A DNA stretch of 64,000 bases from Candidatus Poribacteria bacterium (lineage in GTDB: Bacteria > Poribacteria > WGA-4E > PCPOR2b), in contig OZ242351.1 of assembly GCA_965208675.1 (NCBI GenBank), forward strand, positions 4,704,001-4,768,000, read 5' to 3'. The translations under genes and the position numbers were made by a program. The notes beneath the pieces were generated by a model, which saw nothing but the letters and a program-made list of their open reading frames with translations, did not search any database and was not told the origin of the DNA. Below, one piece after another: positions 18,576 through 28,723 of this stretch. The stretch's first letter is position 1. Each line of letters opens with the position of its first letter.

Positions 18576-20978
18576 TCACTCCTGCGATGGCGTCAGCATC
18601 GCAGCGATGTCCGCCGGTAGCTTCACCCCATTTCTCCGCTCGAAGTCCGGGACACTTACGTAGTCGCTATGAAATGAAGCGATAATATTTTTCCCCATGT
18701 CTCTGGCAATCATCAGATCTGATTTCGCTTTCTCCCATTCTCCTACGTGTAACCACGCCTCACCTCGATAATTATAGGCATTCGAATCATTGGGATTCAG
18801 TTCTATGGCTTTGGTGAAGTCTACGATGGCACTGTCATTCTCTCCGACTTTACGGTAAGCGACGCCGCGATTACAATAATAATGGGCCTCATCAGGTTTC
18901 AATTCTATTGCTACATTAAAGTCAACAATCGCGCAGTCCAATTGGCCTCTGCTGGCGAAAACAACACCGCGACTGTTATAGGCCAGGGCAAGGTCGGGTT
19001 TGAGTTGTATCGCTTTGGCATAGTCTGTGACGGCATGCTTAGAATCACTTTTGTTCCTGTAAGCATTGCCACGATTGTAATAAGCTATAGTATAATTGGG
19101 ATCGAGTTCTATTGCTTTGGTGTAGTCTGTGATAGCGCGGTCATGATTATCCTTCTGATCGTAGGCATTGCCGCGATTGAAATAGGCTTCGGGATAATCG
19201 GGTTTGAGTTGTATCGCTTTGTCGTAGTCTGCGATGGCACGGTCATTATCGCCCTTGTTGAAATGTGCCCTGCCTCGATAATAATATGCTAAGGCTTCCC
19301 TTGGTTCCATGTCTATCACTTGAGTATAGTCTGCAACAGCGCAATTATAATCGCCGATATTATAATAAGCCATGCCTCGACAAAAATAAGCCTCAGTATA
19401 ATCGGATTTTAGTTGTAAGGCTTTTCCGAAGTCGGCTACGGCCGAGTCAAAATTGTTCATATCATTGTAAGTAGATCCACGGTAGAAAAAAGAGTTCGCG
19501 TTGTAGGGGTTGAGTTGTATCGCGCTGCTAAAGTTCGAAATTGCCAATTCGAAATGGTGCTCTCTGGCGTGAACCATGCCACTCCTGAAAAAGGCTTCCT
19601 CATCTTTGGGATTCAGTTGGAGAGTTTTAGTATAGTCTTGAATGGCACGGTCTGAAGCGCCGTTATCGTCGAAAGCAACACCACGCCTGAAATAGGCTTC
19701 CCCGTAATCGTGTTCCAACTCTATCGCAGTGTTATAGTCTTCAATGGCGCGGTTAAGTTCGCCCTTGGCACTGTAGGCATTACCGCGATTGTAATAGGCG
19801 TTTGCATAATCGGATTTGAGGTGGATCGCCCAACTAAAGTCTGAAATAGCCGCATTATACTGATTTTTCTTGGCCTTAGCAACTCCGCGATTGTTGTAAG
19901 CCTTGGCACAATTTGGGTTAAGTTTTATTGAGGTGTTGAAATCGGCAATGGCCGAGTCATGTTCGTTTCTGTCATTATAAACAGTGCCGCGATTGTTATA
20001 AGTTTCGGCACTATTAGGGTTGAGTTCCAACGCTTTGTTATAGTCTTCGATGGCGTGGTTAAGTTCTCCAATACTACTGTAAGCCGCTCCGCGATTGCTA
20101 TACGCCTCAACAAAAGCGGGGTAGAGTTGTATCGCAATTTTGAAATCTTCAATATCGGCGCTATGCTCCCCCAGATGATTGAAGGCAACGCCGCGATTGT
20201 TATAAACTGGGGACAGTTCCAAATTCAGTCTTAGGACATTGGTGTAATGACTAATGGCTTCTTTGCATGCCTTTCGTGCTTCTTTAGAGGTCTTTGCTTT
20301 GGCCGCTTCACGCTGTAATCTAAGCCCTCTATAATACTCTCTGTATGCTATTCCATTATCGCTCTGGCTTCTAATAAATCCATGGATATCTTTGTAAATG
20401 GTCTTGGCAGATACTTCGTCTTCCAGCACCTCCCGTAGATATTTCAATATGAGTAGTTTCACGACTGATGGAATACAGATTTCCTTATATTCCAACTCAA
20501 TATAACCCTTCGGTGGTTCAACGAATACGCTCTTTTGGGCACGGACGCGAACTTCTGGTGTTTGGGGCTTGTGGCGGATTTTCTCTAATTCATCCGTTTC
20601 CTGCAATATAATTACTCTGCCACATTCAGCCGGCGTTCCATAACAAGCAAAGAAGAGGGCAACGGTATAGTCAGTTGTAAAATCAATTAAGTTGGTTTTA
20701 CCGCCATAGTGCTGGATTTCAGTGAGGATGTCAAAATATTCTGTTTTGTCTGTATACTCTTTTGCCTCCGCTACAATGGAGTCCTGGATTTCCTTTAAGT
20801 TAGAGTATCTAGCATTAACATTTTCTAGCTCGCGGTATAGGTTCGAAGATATTTTCTCATAGCATTCAGGTTCACCGCGGAAGATGTAAGAACCGTCTGC
20901 AGATTTTTCCTCTATAGCGTGGACGATGTCCTGAACTGTGCGGGGCATATCATTGGAGGTATTGGATCGATTTGACAT
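18576..20978 (-). CDS. FRG-domain protein with a long TPR array
   Basis: YIFRGE and QHYGGKTNLIDFT..ALFFAC (FRG), followed by roughly 14 TPRs. Confidence 0.88.
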   Translation of the reverse strand: MSNRSNTSNDMPRTVQDIVHAIEEKSADGSYIFRGEPECYEKISSNLYRELENVNARYSNLKEIQDSIVAEAKEYTDKTEYFDILTEIQHYGGKTNLIDFTTDYTVALFFACYGTPAECGRVIILQETDELEKIRHKPQTPEVRVRAQKSVFVEPPKGYIELEYKEICIPSVVKLLILKYLREVLEDEVSAKTIYKDIHGFIRSQSDNGIAYREYYRGLRLQREAAKAKTSKEARKACKEAISHYTNVLRLNLELSPVYNNRGVAFNHLGEHSADIEDFKIAIQLYPAFVEAYSNRGAAYSSIGELNHAIEDYNKALELNPNSAETYNNRGTVYNDRNEHDSAIADFNTSIKLNPNCAKAYNNRGVAKAKKNQYNAAISDFSWAIHLKSDYANAYYNRGNAYSAKGELNRAIEDYNTAIELEHDYGEAYFRRGVAFDDNGASDRAIQDYTKTLQLNPKDEEAFFRSGMVHAREHHFELAISNFSSAIQLNPYNANSFFYRGSTYNDMNNFDSAVADFGKALQLKSDYTEAYFCRGMAYYNIGDYNCAVADYTQVIDMEPREALAYYYRGRAHFNKGDNDRAIADYDKAIQLKPDYPEAYFNRGNAYDQKDNHDRAITDYTKAIELDPNYTIAYYNRGNAYRNKSDSKHAVTDYAKAIQLKPDLALAYNSRGVVFASRGQLDCAIVDFNVAIELKPDEAHYYCNRGVAYRKVGENDSAIVDFTKAIELNPNDSNAYNYRGEAWLHVGEWEKAKSDLMIARDMGKNIIASFHSDYVSVPDFERRNGVKLPADIAAMLTPSQE

Positions 20979-21097
20979 TTCTATTCATCCTCCTGCAGGA
21001 TGCTGATTTCCTTATTGTCCGAATCGCAGATTGCCGCGGATTAAAGGATTACATGGATTTATATGTCCGCTGTCAGCTTCATCCATCAATCCTTGAT

Positions 21098-24000
21098 TTA
21101 AACGGTATTTTCCTCCACAATCGCAATTTCTTCAGGGGTTAGATCGTACAATGAGTATACAACCTGATCAATCTCATTTTCAAGTTCGGATACATCGGCG
21201 TCTGGGTCGGCGCGTTTGGCAGCGAGGATTTTATTAACTAGGTTACTGATAAATGATTTCTGCGCCGAATTGGCAGCAGGGATTGGAATCTGTCTCATGT
21301 AGTCGCTAAATGCGCGAAGTGCCGCCCCTCCCAATCTATTCGACACCAGCGAATAAAACCACTCCACAGATTTAGAATTAAGTAATCCACATAGCCAAGT
21401 TTCCTCTGTAGGGATAAAATAACAGGAATTACTACAGAAGAAACCAGTCGTATCAACTGTGAAACTTTGGTGTTGGAATATATCAGGATAAACAACTTTC
21501 GGTAGCAGGAAATCACGCCAATAATCTGATGCATATCGACTTAGAGCATACCACGGAACACGCCCTTGTTTTACTTCTGGGCGTTTCTTTAATTTTCTCT
21601 CATACTTTTTCAGATAGGCAAAAATTGCGGGATACTCTTCAATTGGTAAATCCCATCCAACGTAACACAGGTAATGTCCTTTATCTTCAATTGTCCAGCG
21701 TTTCACGTCGCGTCCACGCAAAAATGGTTTTAACACTTGGATGGATGATGGATGATCCGCAATGAGTTGATTCTGCACCGGTTGGTCCACAACAAACGCT
21801 TCGTTCAAACCTGTTACAACACCGCGATAGAACCTTTCTTTCACATATTCTCCCAATGGTATACCCACTTTGCGGAGTATATCCAACAGATTCAATACGG
21901 CGGGAGGTGCGAGCTGCCATCCGTCAGCGGTTAAGGCATTTTGTGGCATTTTAAATCTCTGCCTCCGAAAAACTGTCCCAAGTTCGTCAATGGGCGGTCC
22001 CGGTTGCCAATTCAGAGCGCTAAGATGGTTCGCGTCAGAGAGGGTCTTGGACATAGTAATAATGCTAGCATCTACACCGGCCGAAAATACGCGACCCGCG
22101 CCAAAGTCAATGATATTGGAAAATGTACAATTACGAGTGAGAAATCCACGAAGTTTCTTGCCGTAGGCAGAACGGAAATATTTATTAGAAGAGATGTAGG
22201 TCAAGACTCCGTTGTTTCGGAGCAGCCGGCAGCCCTGTTCATAGAAATAGACGTAGAGATCTGCTACACCTGAATAACAGTCGTATAGGGTTTTTAGCGT
22301 CGGTTTCAGTGCTTTAATTTTCTCCTGGCGTACGTACGGTGGATTGCCGATTACGACGTCAAATCCGTCCTTGATACTGAACATCCATTCGGGATTAAAA
22401 AAGCGAGCTACGGAATTCTGGTCATAAGGGTCCCAATCTGCAATTTCACGCGCGGCCTCGCTTGACAGTCCTAAATCACTTAGTATTCCACTAATTTCTG
22501 TACGGAGTTCTGCATCGCGTTCGCGATAGCGCTTTTTTGTGGCGGGAGTGCGTGCCGTGAAGTGTCTCCGGCGAACCTCTTGCAGTTCATCTTCTCTTTT
22601 TCGAATCTCTGAATCTCGGAGCGTCCGTTGACCTGTAATATCAATCAATGTGTTTGCTGCCACAAACTTGGTTTCTAGATTTGGTAGCGGACGTACCCCA
22701 CGATTTTCCTGAGAGTCGTCCATCTTCTGATTCACCACTAGCGATATAAAGAATCGGAGTTTTGCAATTTGCACGGCGATAGGCTGTATATCCACACCAT
22801 AGATGCAGTTTTCGATGAGGTAGAGTTTCCGTCCGTAATCCAGTTCATTCCGTTCAAACGCCTCGTTGATGTTGTCAATTTCGCGCTCTAGGTCGTGGAC
22901 AGTATTCTCACGTACCGTGCTATCGTCAATCTGTTCTGCGATTTTGATGGTGCGATTCACTTTGTCAATCTGCCGCTGTCGCCACTGCTCGTTGCCCGGG
23001 TCAAGTTTCCCCAAGATAAACACCAGTTTGTGCAGCACACCCATCGGAAAGGCACCGGAACCGCAAGCGGGGTCAAGTATTCTGAGGGAGTCAACTGCGT
23101 TTATCAACGCTTCAGTTTCGTCGTCGTTAAAACGGTGCGGTTCGTCATTATAGGCGAGAAGATGCCGGAGGTTAGCTTCTATTTGGTCTTTTTGCTCATC
23201 AGAGAGTTTTACTCCACGAGCATCAAATTGCGTTTGGACAGGTTCTACACGCCCATCCAAATCCAGTTGCGCGGACGGGGCAGTCGGGGCAAGGGCGTTA
23301 CGGGATTCGTGATAGGCGATGCATTTATGCTTTAGGTAGGCAATGAGTGATTCATCGGTCATGTAGTTGACGATTTCACGGGGGGTGTAGTAGGAGCCAC
23401 TCTGCTTACGGGCAGAAGTACCGGTTTCGGGGTTATAGGCGGCGAGCAGGTTCTCAAACACTTTGCCGAGCAGTTCCGGGTCAAGTGCAACCTCCTCTTC
23501 GATTGGCGTATTCTCGGCAACCGTGAATTTGTACCTATCGAGAATATTGATCAGGCCGCGTACTTTGTAATCCTTGCCGCGTGTGCCGTAAGCGGCGTTG
23601 AGGTCAACGCTTTGTTCATCGGAGAAGAATAGGAAATTTGGGACAATTAACGGGTTTTTTTTATGGTCGGAAAAGCCATCAACGCGTAGAATTTTTTTAG
23701 GGACATCTTTGTCTTCCTTGTCCAGACATTCAAACAAACCGCCGTTAAGGAAAGGAATGTCACCAAAATGTTTGAACGCGCTTTGCTTATCCTTGAAACA
23801 ATTTTCGTACCGGTATAGGGAATGCGCCATGTAGTTTTGATCTCTATCGCCTGATTGCTTCGCCTGAATCCTGAATTTGCGGTTATTGGGTTTTTCTTCG
23901 GTGTTCATTTCCTGATTCAGTGTAGCGAAGAACAGGTTCTGTAGGATAGCCTTGTAGTAGGTACTCTGCTCGGGTTCCGTGTTATCAAGGATTTTTGCAA

Positions 24001-24238
24001 TTTCCCTTGGGTAAAAGAGCGCATCCGAAATTAACCCTTTTTCCTTGATGAACCAGACGAAAATCAGCCGTGTTATCAGCCGGATCACGCTGGTGGCGTT
24101 ACGCACCTCGAAATCTTTCCCTGCATCTTCAGGGAAAGTTACTTGATTAACCGCCCAAAAATACCAGTTCGCAATCTCTTTGAAGAAGCGTTTGTTGAGT
24201 ACCTCAGTGTCGAGCGTCTTTTTCCACGCTTCATGCAA
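21098..24238 (-). CDS. Eco57I/Type IIG-like N6-adenine DNA methyltransferase with TRD (main part of a split gene)
   Basis: SGSYYTPRE, ILDPACGSGAF, VIGNPPY, TaqI_C-like TRD. In frame with 24296-24862. Confidence 0.9.
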   Translation of the reverse strand: MHEAWKKTLDTEVLNKRFFKEIANWYFWAVNQVTFPEDAGKDFEVRNATSVIRLITRLIFVWFIKEKGLISDALFYPREIAKILDNTEPEQSTYYKAILQNLFFATLNQEMNTEEKPNNRKFRIQAKQSGDRDQNYMAHSLYRYENCFKDKQSAFKHFGDIPFLNGGLFECLDKEDKDVPKKILRVDGFSDHKKNPLIVPNFLFFSDEQSVDLNAAYGTRGKDYKVRGLINILDRYKFTVAENTPIEEEVALDPELLGKVFENLLAAYNPETGTSARKQSGSYYTPREIVNYMTDESLIAYLKHKCIAYHESRNALAPTAPSAQLDLDGRVEPVQTQFDARGVKLSDEQKDQIEANLRHLLAYNDEPHRFNDDETEALINAVDSLRILDPACGSGAFPMGVLHKLVFILGKLDPGNEQWRQRQIDKVNRTIKIAEQIDDSTVRENTVHDLEREIDNINEAFERNELDYGRKLYLIENCIYGVDIQPIAVQIAKLRFFISLVVNQKMDDSQENRGVRPLPNLETKFVAANTLIDITGQRTLRDSEIRKREDELQEVRRRHFTARTPATKKRYRERDAELRTEISGILSDLGLSSEAAREIADWDPYDQNSVARFFNPEWMFSIKDGFDVVIGNPPYVRQEKIKALKPTLKTLYDCYSGVADLYVYFYEQGCRLLRNNGVLTYISSNKYFRSAYGKKLRGFLTRNCTFSNIIDFGAGRVFSAGVDASIITMSKTLSDANHLSALNWQPGPPIDELGTVFRRQRFKMPQNALTADGWQLAPPAVLNLLDILRKVGIPLGEYVKERFYRGVVTGLNEAFVVDQPVQNQLIADHPSSIQVLKPFLRGRDVKRWTIEDKGHYLCYVGWDLPIEEYPAIFAYLKKYERKLKKRPEVKQGRVPWYALSRYASDYWRDFLLPKVVYPDIFQHQSFTVDTTGFFCSNSCYFIPTEETWLCGLLNSKSVEWFYSLVSNRLGGAALRAFSDYMRQIPIPAANSAQKSFISNLVNKILAAKRADPDADVSELENEIDQVVYSLYDLTPEEIAIVEENTV

Positions 24239-24295
24239 CGCCGCGAAGTCCGTGAAACCGTGCTGGCGCTGCAGTTGACTTAGTGACAGATCGAA

Positions 24296-24862
24296 TTAGA
24301 TCTCAATGTGTGCGCGGTGGGGGTTAGGGAATTCGATGTCTTTAATGAGGGTCACCTTTTCGAGGACATCTTTGGATAGGTCGCGTTTGTGCAACCGGCG
24401 GTCGATTACAGCGAAGGTGAGCGTATCACCGTGCTGGAAAAGGACCAGGGCGGGTATCATAAACAGTCTGTTGATTTCGCGAGTGATATCCGACAGTTGG
24501 GTGCGGGTGTATTCGCACTTTTGTAGTTTTAGGGCGAAGAAGAGGTAGGATTCAATACGGATTTTATCTACAACGTTGCCTTCGAAGCCAAATGTAGTTT
24601 GGGTGCTCTGGACGATTTCCTCCTCAGTCAGTTGGAAGAGGAAGTCGATTGATTCCCACTCGCTTACTAGACCACGTTCCCGGTTCATCGTGTTATCTGA
24701 GTCGAAGTGCTCAACAAAGTTGTCGGCGGTATTCGGTTCAAGGGATAGCGTCCGTTGGCTTCGGTAGCCGAGGATGTTGAGAAGATTTCGGGCGTTGTCG
24801 GCGTGGTCGACGTTCGTGAAGCGTTGTAGGGCTGTTTTGATTTCTTGTTTGGATGTGGTCAT
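24296..24862 (-). pseudogene. N-terminal fragment of the Eco57I-like methyltransferase, cut off by one in-frame TAA
   Basis: Reads HRAHIEI*FDLSLSQLQRQHGFTDFAALHEAWKK continuously into the downstream ORF. Confidence 0.85.
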
Positions 24863-24894
24863 TCTTTAGGTTCTCCGCAAGGAAATCATGATTC

Positions 24895-26315
24895 TAAGGG
24901 CAGGCACGAGACCTGCCCCTACAAATGGATTTTGTCAATTCCTGTAGGGGCAATCCTTGTGGTTGCCCTTTTGTCGTCGGGAATCGGAATTTCGTCCTAC
25001 CGAGACGATCCTGTAGGAGCGAATTCTGAATCGCGACACGGATTGTTAATTCTTCCCGTTCGACAGAATCTGTCTGTATATGAACCTCCCCTAGCCCCTC
25101 CTTGGTAAGGAGGGGAATGGTGTTTGCGTTCGGTTCTCATTCAACCACTCGCCTGTATGTGTATCGTAATAATCCTCCCCGTTACTAAACGGGAGTTAGA
25201 CTGGTTGGTGGCGAATCGTCGGGAATCGGGAAGACTATCGCCTTCGCTATTCGCTCAGTTGATCCCGTTGGCAATGGGATCAACCGAGTGAATAACGAGG
25301 GCTATGGTCCTCTCTAAAGCTCACGCAAGCTGACAACTCTCAACATCTTTACAAGAATAAACATGAAAAGCGTTGGGTTACGCTAGCTTTTGATAAATTT
25401 TGAAATTCATTTATTTGGCGAAACCGATGGGGTATTTGAGCTATATTTCACAAAACCCGCTCAACCCAACCTACAAAAACCAAAAAAACTGATTTACTTA
25501 TTTTGTGAGCATTTGGTATATGCAAAAAAGCACCAAATACCGCCTAAACCTAGACAGGGTGCGGGTTTAGGGCGTTGAGCATTTGAAAAAATAAGTTGAG
25601 AATACTCATTTTTCGACATCTTCCCACTGATAAAAAACGTTGAGTTAATACGCCCCGCCTGGTTCTCCCTTAACTACGAAATCAACCGAGCGAATAGCGA
25701 GGGCGTAGTCCTCTTTACAGTTCACGCATGTTCACAACTCTCAACATCATTACAAGAATAAACATGAAAAGCGTTGGGTTTCGCCTTCGGCTCTACCCAA
25801 CCTACGAAAGCAAAACAAATTTGCTCATTATGTGAGCATTTGGTTATGCAAAAAAGTGCCAAATAGGGCTTAACGCTAGACAGGGTGCGGGTTTCGGGCG
25901 TTGAGCATTTGTGAGCATTTGAAAAAATAAGTTGAGAATGCTCATTTTTCGACATGTTCGCACGAAAAAAAATGTTGGGTTAAAGACAAGACTATCGTCT
26001 TCGCTATTCGCTCAGTTGATCCCTCCTACCAATACAGCTCTGTAGGAGCGATTTCCGAATCGCGACACAGATTGTTAATTCTTCCCGTTCGACAGAATCC
26101 GTCTGTATATGAACCTCCCCTAACCCCTCCTTGGTAAGGAGGGGAATGATACGTTTTTTCGGTTCTCATTCAACCGTTCGGCTGTGCGTGTCTTGATAAT
26201 CCTCCCCTTTACTAAGGGGGAGCTAGAGGGGGTTGGTTGCGTATGGTTGGGAATCGGGAAGACTATCGCCTTCGCTATTCGCTCAGTTGATCCCTCCTTG
26301 CTAAGGAGGGGAATG
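24895..26315. repeat. Gene-free mosaic of REP-like palindromes, R1 copies and two internal direct duplications
   Basis: GTAGGGGCAATCCTTGTGGTTGCCC and GTAGGAGCGA..ATCGCGAC palindromes. About 25010-25270 resembles 26040-26300, and about 25320-25640 resembles 25720-25980. Confidence 0.8.
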
Positions 26316-26393
26316 AGGCTTGTGTTCAGTTCTTATTCAACCTCCCATTTTGTTAGGATTAGGATGGAATTGTAGGTTAATTCGGTTGCATAA

Positions 26394-27674
26394 TCACCTC
26401 GTGTCGAGATGGGTGGTGTACCAGAGGCTGCCTGTTGGAATCTCCTCTGAATCACGGTTGCGTACTGCGGGATCGTCGCTGGCTCGGCGGATTGTGGAGT
26501 AGCCGTCCTCGCCCTTGTCTAGGATCCAGACCTCTTGCGGTTCTAACAGATCGACAAAATACGGTTGATGGGTCGTAATGAAGACTTGGGATCCGCCTCT
26601 GCGTCCGGTGACGTATTCACGAAACTGTTTGGCGAGCGATTCCAAGAGTTTGTGGTACAAGCCGTTTTCCGGTTCTTCGATACAGAGGAACGGAGGCGGC
26701 GCCGGGTCTTTTAGCAGCAGCAAATAGGCGAATAGCTTAAGTGTTCCGTCGGACATCTGCTGGGCGTAAAACGGCGCCTGAAAGCCTTTGTCGTTGAACC
26801 TGAGCAGCAGACGCCCGTCACTGGTTCTTTCCGTGTCGATTTGGTCTACCCCCGGAATCTTGTCGGCAATCTCTTTGAGTATGGCACCGAATCGGCGCGG
26901 ATGTTCGCGTTCCATGAATTGGACGACGTTGCCGAGGTTATCGCCGTGAATGTTGAGATGCTGCTGGGGACCGGCGCGCGGCAGGCTGCGCGCCGCGTCC
27001 GGAGTAAAGTAGCTGAGATACCAGCCTTCAATGAATTGCCGGAAAGCCGAGATTCGCGGGTGTTGTTTCAGCGCGCCGAGCGTGGCGATGCCGAGCTTGC
27101 TCCGATCTTCCAATTCGATGATTTCGGTCTGGCTGGATTCATCCGCAATAATCAGTTTGATGAGTTCCGGGAAGTCGAGTTGCTCCATCTTTTCGTCAAT
27201 CTGATGACCCGCCTGTTCGCCCTTCCACGCGACGCCTTTGCCGCCGTTCAGGAACAAGAACGAGAATGGGCGGCCGTATTTCTGGCCTTTGCGCCTCTGT
27301 CTGAGGCGCTCTTTCAACACATACGGGCGCCCGGTCTCCTCTACCGCGATGGCGATCTCGTAGGTCATGGGCCGGGCGTTTCCGTGCTCTCTATAGTATA
27401 CCTCAAACTCGATGGGCTCCAACTCGCCTTGGGTACGGATCTGCTCGAACCCGCCGCGTGCGCGTGTACCGCACGCCTCCGCTACGCCGGACTTGAGGGC
27501 GTCTGCAAGGAATCCGAACGCATCGAAAAGCGCGCTTTTGCCGACGCCGTTCTTGCCAATGACCGCGGTCATGAGCGTGAGCGGTTGTATTTCCCGTTGG
27601 TTCCAAAGGCGCCCCAACGTCACATCTTTGAGTACCTTGAAGTTTTTTACTCTGAAGCCTTCGATTTTTGCCAT
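26394..27674 (-). CDS. AAA_21-like ABC ATPase (defence-associated type)
   Basis: GKNGVGKS, MSDGTL, CIEEPENGLY, ITTHQP. Confidence 0.88.
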   Translation of the reverse strand: MAKIEGFRVKNFKVLKDVTLGRLWNQREIQPLTLMTAVIGKNGVGKSALFDAFGFLADALKSGVAEACGTRARGGFEQIRTQGELEPIEFEVYYREHGNARPMTYEIAIAVEETGRPYVLKERLRQRRKGQKYGRPFSFLFLNGGKGVAWKGEQAGHQIDEKMEQLDFPELIKLIIADESSQTEIIELEDRSKLGIATLGALKQHPRISAFRQFIEGWYLSYFTPDAARSLPRAGPQQHLNIHGDNLGNVVQFMEREHPRRFGAILKEIADKIPGVDQIDTERTSDGRLLLRFNDKGFQAPFYAQQMSDGTLKLFAYLLLLKDPAPPPFLCIEEPENGLYHKLLESLAKQFREYVTGRRGGSQVFITTHQPYFVDLLEPQEVWILDKGEDGYSTIRRASDDPAVRNRDSEEIPTGSLWYTTHLDTR

Positions 27675-27721
27675 GATACTGTGTTGGTTGGTGGAGCGTG
27701 ATTGATTCTGCGGCTACAAAA

Positions 27722-28723
27722 CTACGCTAATGTCACCCGCACCATTATCTTTTCTGCTAATTCTTTGAAATCACGACGAGCGGCGTTGGCAGCAGCGGCG
27801 TGACTGCCGATAGCTCCGTCGGCTGAAGTAAGGTGAAAAATTGGTTTTCGCGCTTCCTGTGCCATTGGCACCAAGCTCCAGTAGTGCTTAACAGTGGCGA
27901 GGGCGTGCGCTTTGTCTTGTTCCGGCGTCTGAGGGTAAGGTCCGTCGTTGTCATTGAGCAGGTTTCGTGCATATTCCTCCGGCATGCGGTTGACCCATTT
28001 GTTATACGCTTTAACAGGACGCTCCAAGCGGACGCCGTGCTGCTGTACCACATAACCAATCGGTTGAATTAATCCGCTGGGTATAGGTAGGTCAGAGACA
28101 GGGTTGCGGTCGTATCTATCCAACCACCCATTGCGCCAATCGTGCAGCGTTGGACCGAGGTTGCGCAACCCTTGAAGCGAGAGTAGATCTGATCCAAGTG
28201 GAACGATAACGTAATCTGTCGCCACTAGCACTGCCCTATTCAAAGCGCCCAAATTTGGGCCGGCATCTACCAAAACTATCTCGACCTGATTGCTTTTCGC
28301 CGCGTTTTGCACAATACGCCATAACGCCGAAATTACCCGGAAAGCACGAGGGCGCTTATCGAGGCATTCTTGCCATTGGCTGGAAAGTTCATCTTCTGTG
28401 GCTGATAAAGTGAGGTCCCCCACGATGAGACTCAATTCCGGCGTTATAATCTCCAAATGAGGTTTTTCAATGTCGCCAGTTCCGTCTAAAAGCGGTTCAA
28501 GTGCACTATAGATGGACTTTCGGGGTCCATTGTCGGGCCAGAGTATTTCTAGTTGGTCTCCATTGATAAACATGCTCGTAAGGTTTGCCTGCGGGTCGAG
28601 ATCACAGGCAAGGACGCGGTGACCGATGTCGGAAAGCATCCACGCCAGGTGATAAACAAGGGAGGTCTTGCCAACACCACTCTTATTGTTGAAAAATGTC
28701 AAAACTGGAACGGGCATTGTCAT
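27722..28723 (-). CDS. ParA/Soj-family ATPase
   Basis: FFNNKSGVGKTS, DLDPQANLT, DAGPNLGALNR. Confidence 0.88.
   Translation of the reverse strand: MTMPVPVLTFFNNKSGVGKTSLVYHLAWMLSDIGHRVLACDLDPQANLTSMFINGDQLEILWPDNGPRKSIYSALEPLLDGTGDIEKPHLEIITPELSLIVGDLTLSATEDELSSQWQECLDKRPRAFRVISALWRIVQNAAKSNQVEIVLVDAGPNLGALNRAVLVATDYVIVPLGSDLLSLQGLRNLGPTLHDWRNGWLDRYDRNPVSDLPIPSGLIQPIGYVVQQHGVRLERPVKAYNKWVNRMPEEYARNLLNDNDGPYPQTPEQDKAHALATVKHYWSLVPMAQEARKPIFHLTSADGAIGSHAAAANAARRDFKELAEKIMVRVTLA

Larger units (their letters stand above)
14206..21060. repeat. Dispersed repeat family R2: TGTCTGAATCGCGGAT followed by 3-4 (CG)GATT subrepeats
   Basis: Copies at about 14206, 14701, 16199, 16244, 16736, 16968, 18304, 18414 and 21016, plus an inverted copy ending at 18385. 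All are intergenic. Confidence 0.88.

Noticed and set aside
17098-20978. Diversity-generating retroelement acting on the TPR C-termini
   Set aside because: Differences are not adenine-specific, and there is no reverse transcriptase or template repeat.
14206-21060. Classical integron attC array
   Set aside because: No RYYYAAC...GTTRRRY cores in R2 and no tyrosine integrase in the window.
14563-24298. Stop-codon reassignment to explain the in-frame stops
   Set aside because: The interruptions use TAG, TGA and TAA, and all three codons end normal genes in this window.
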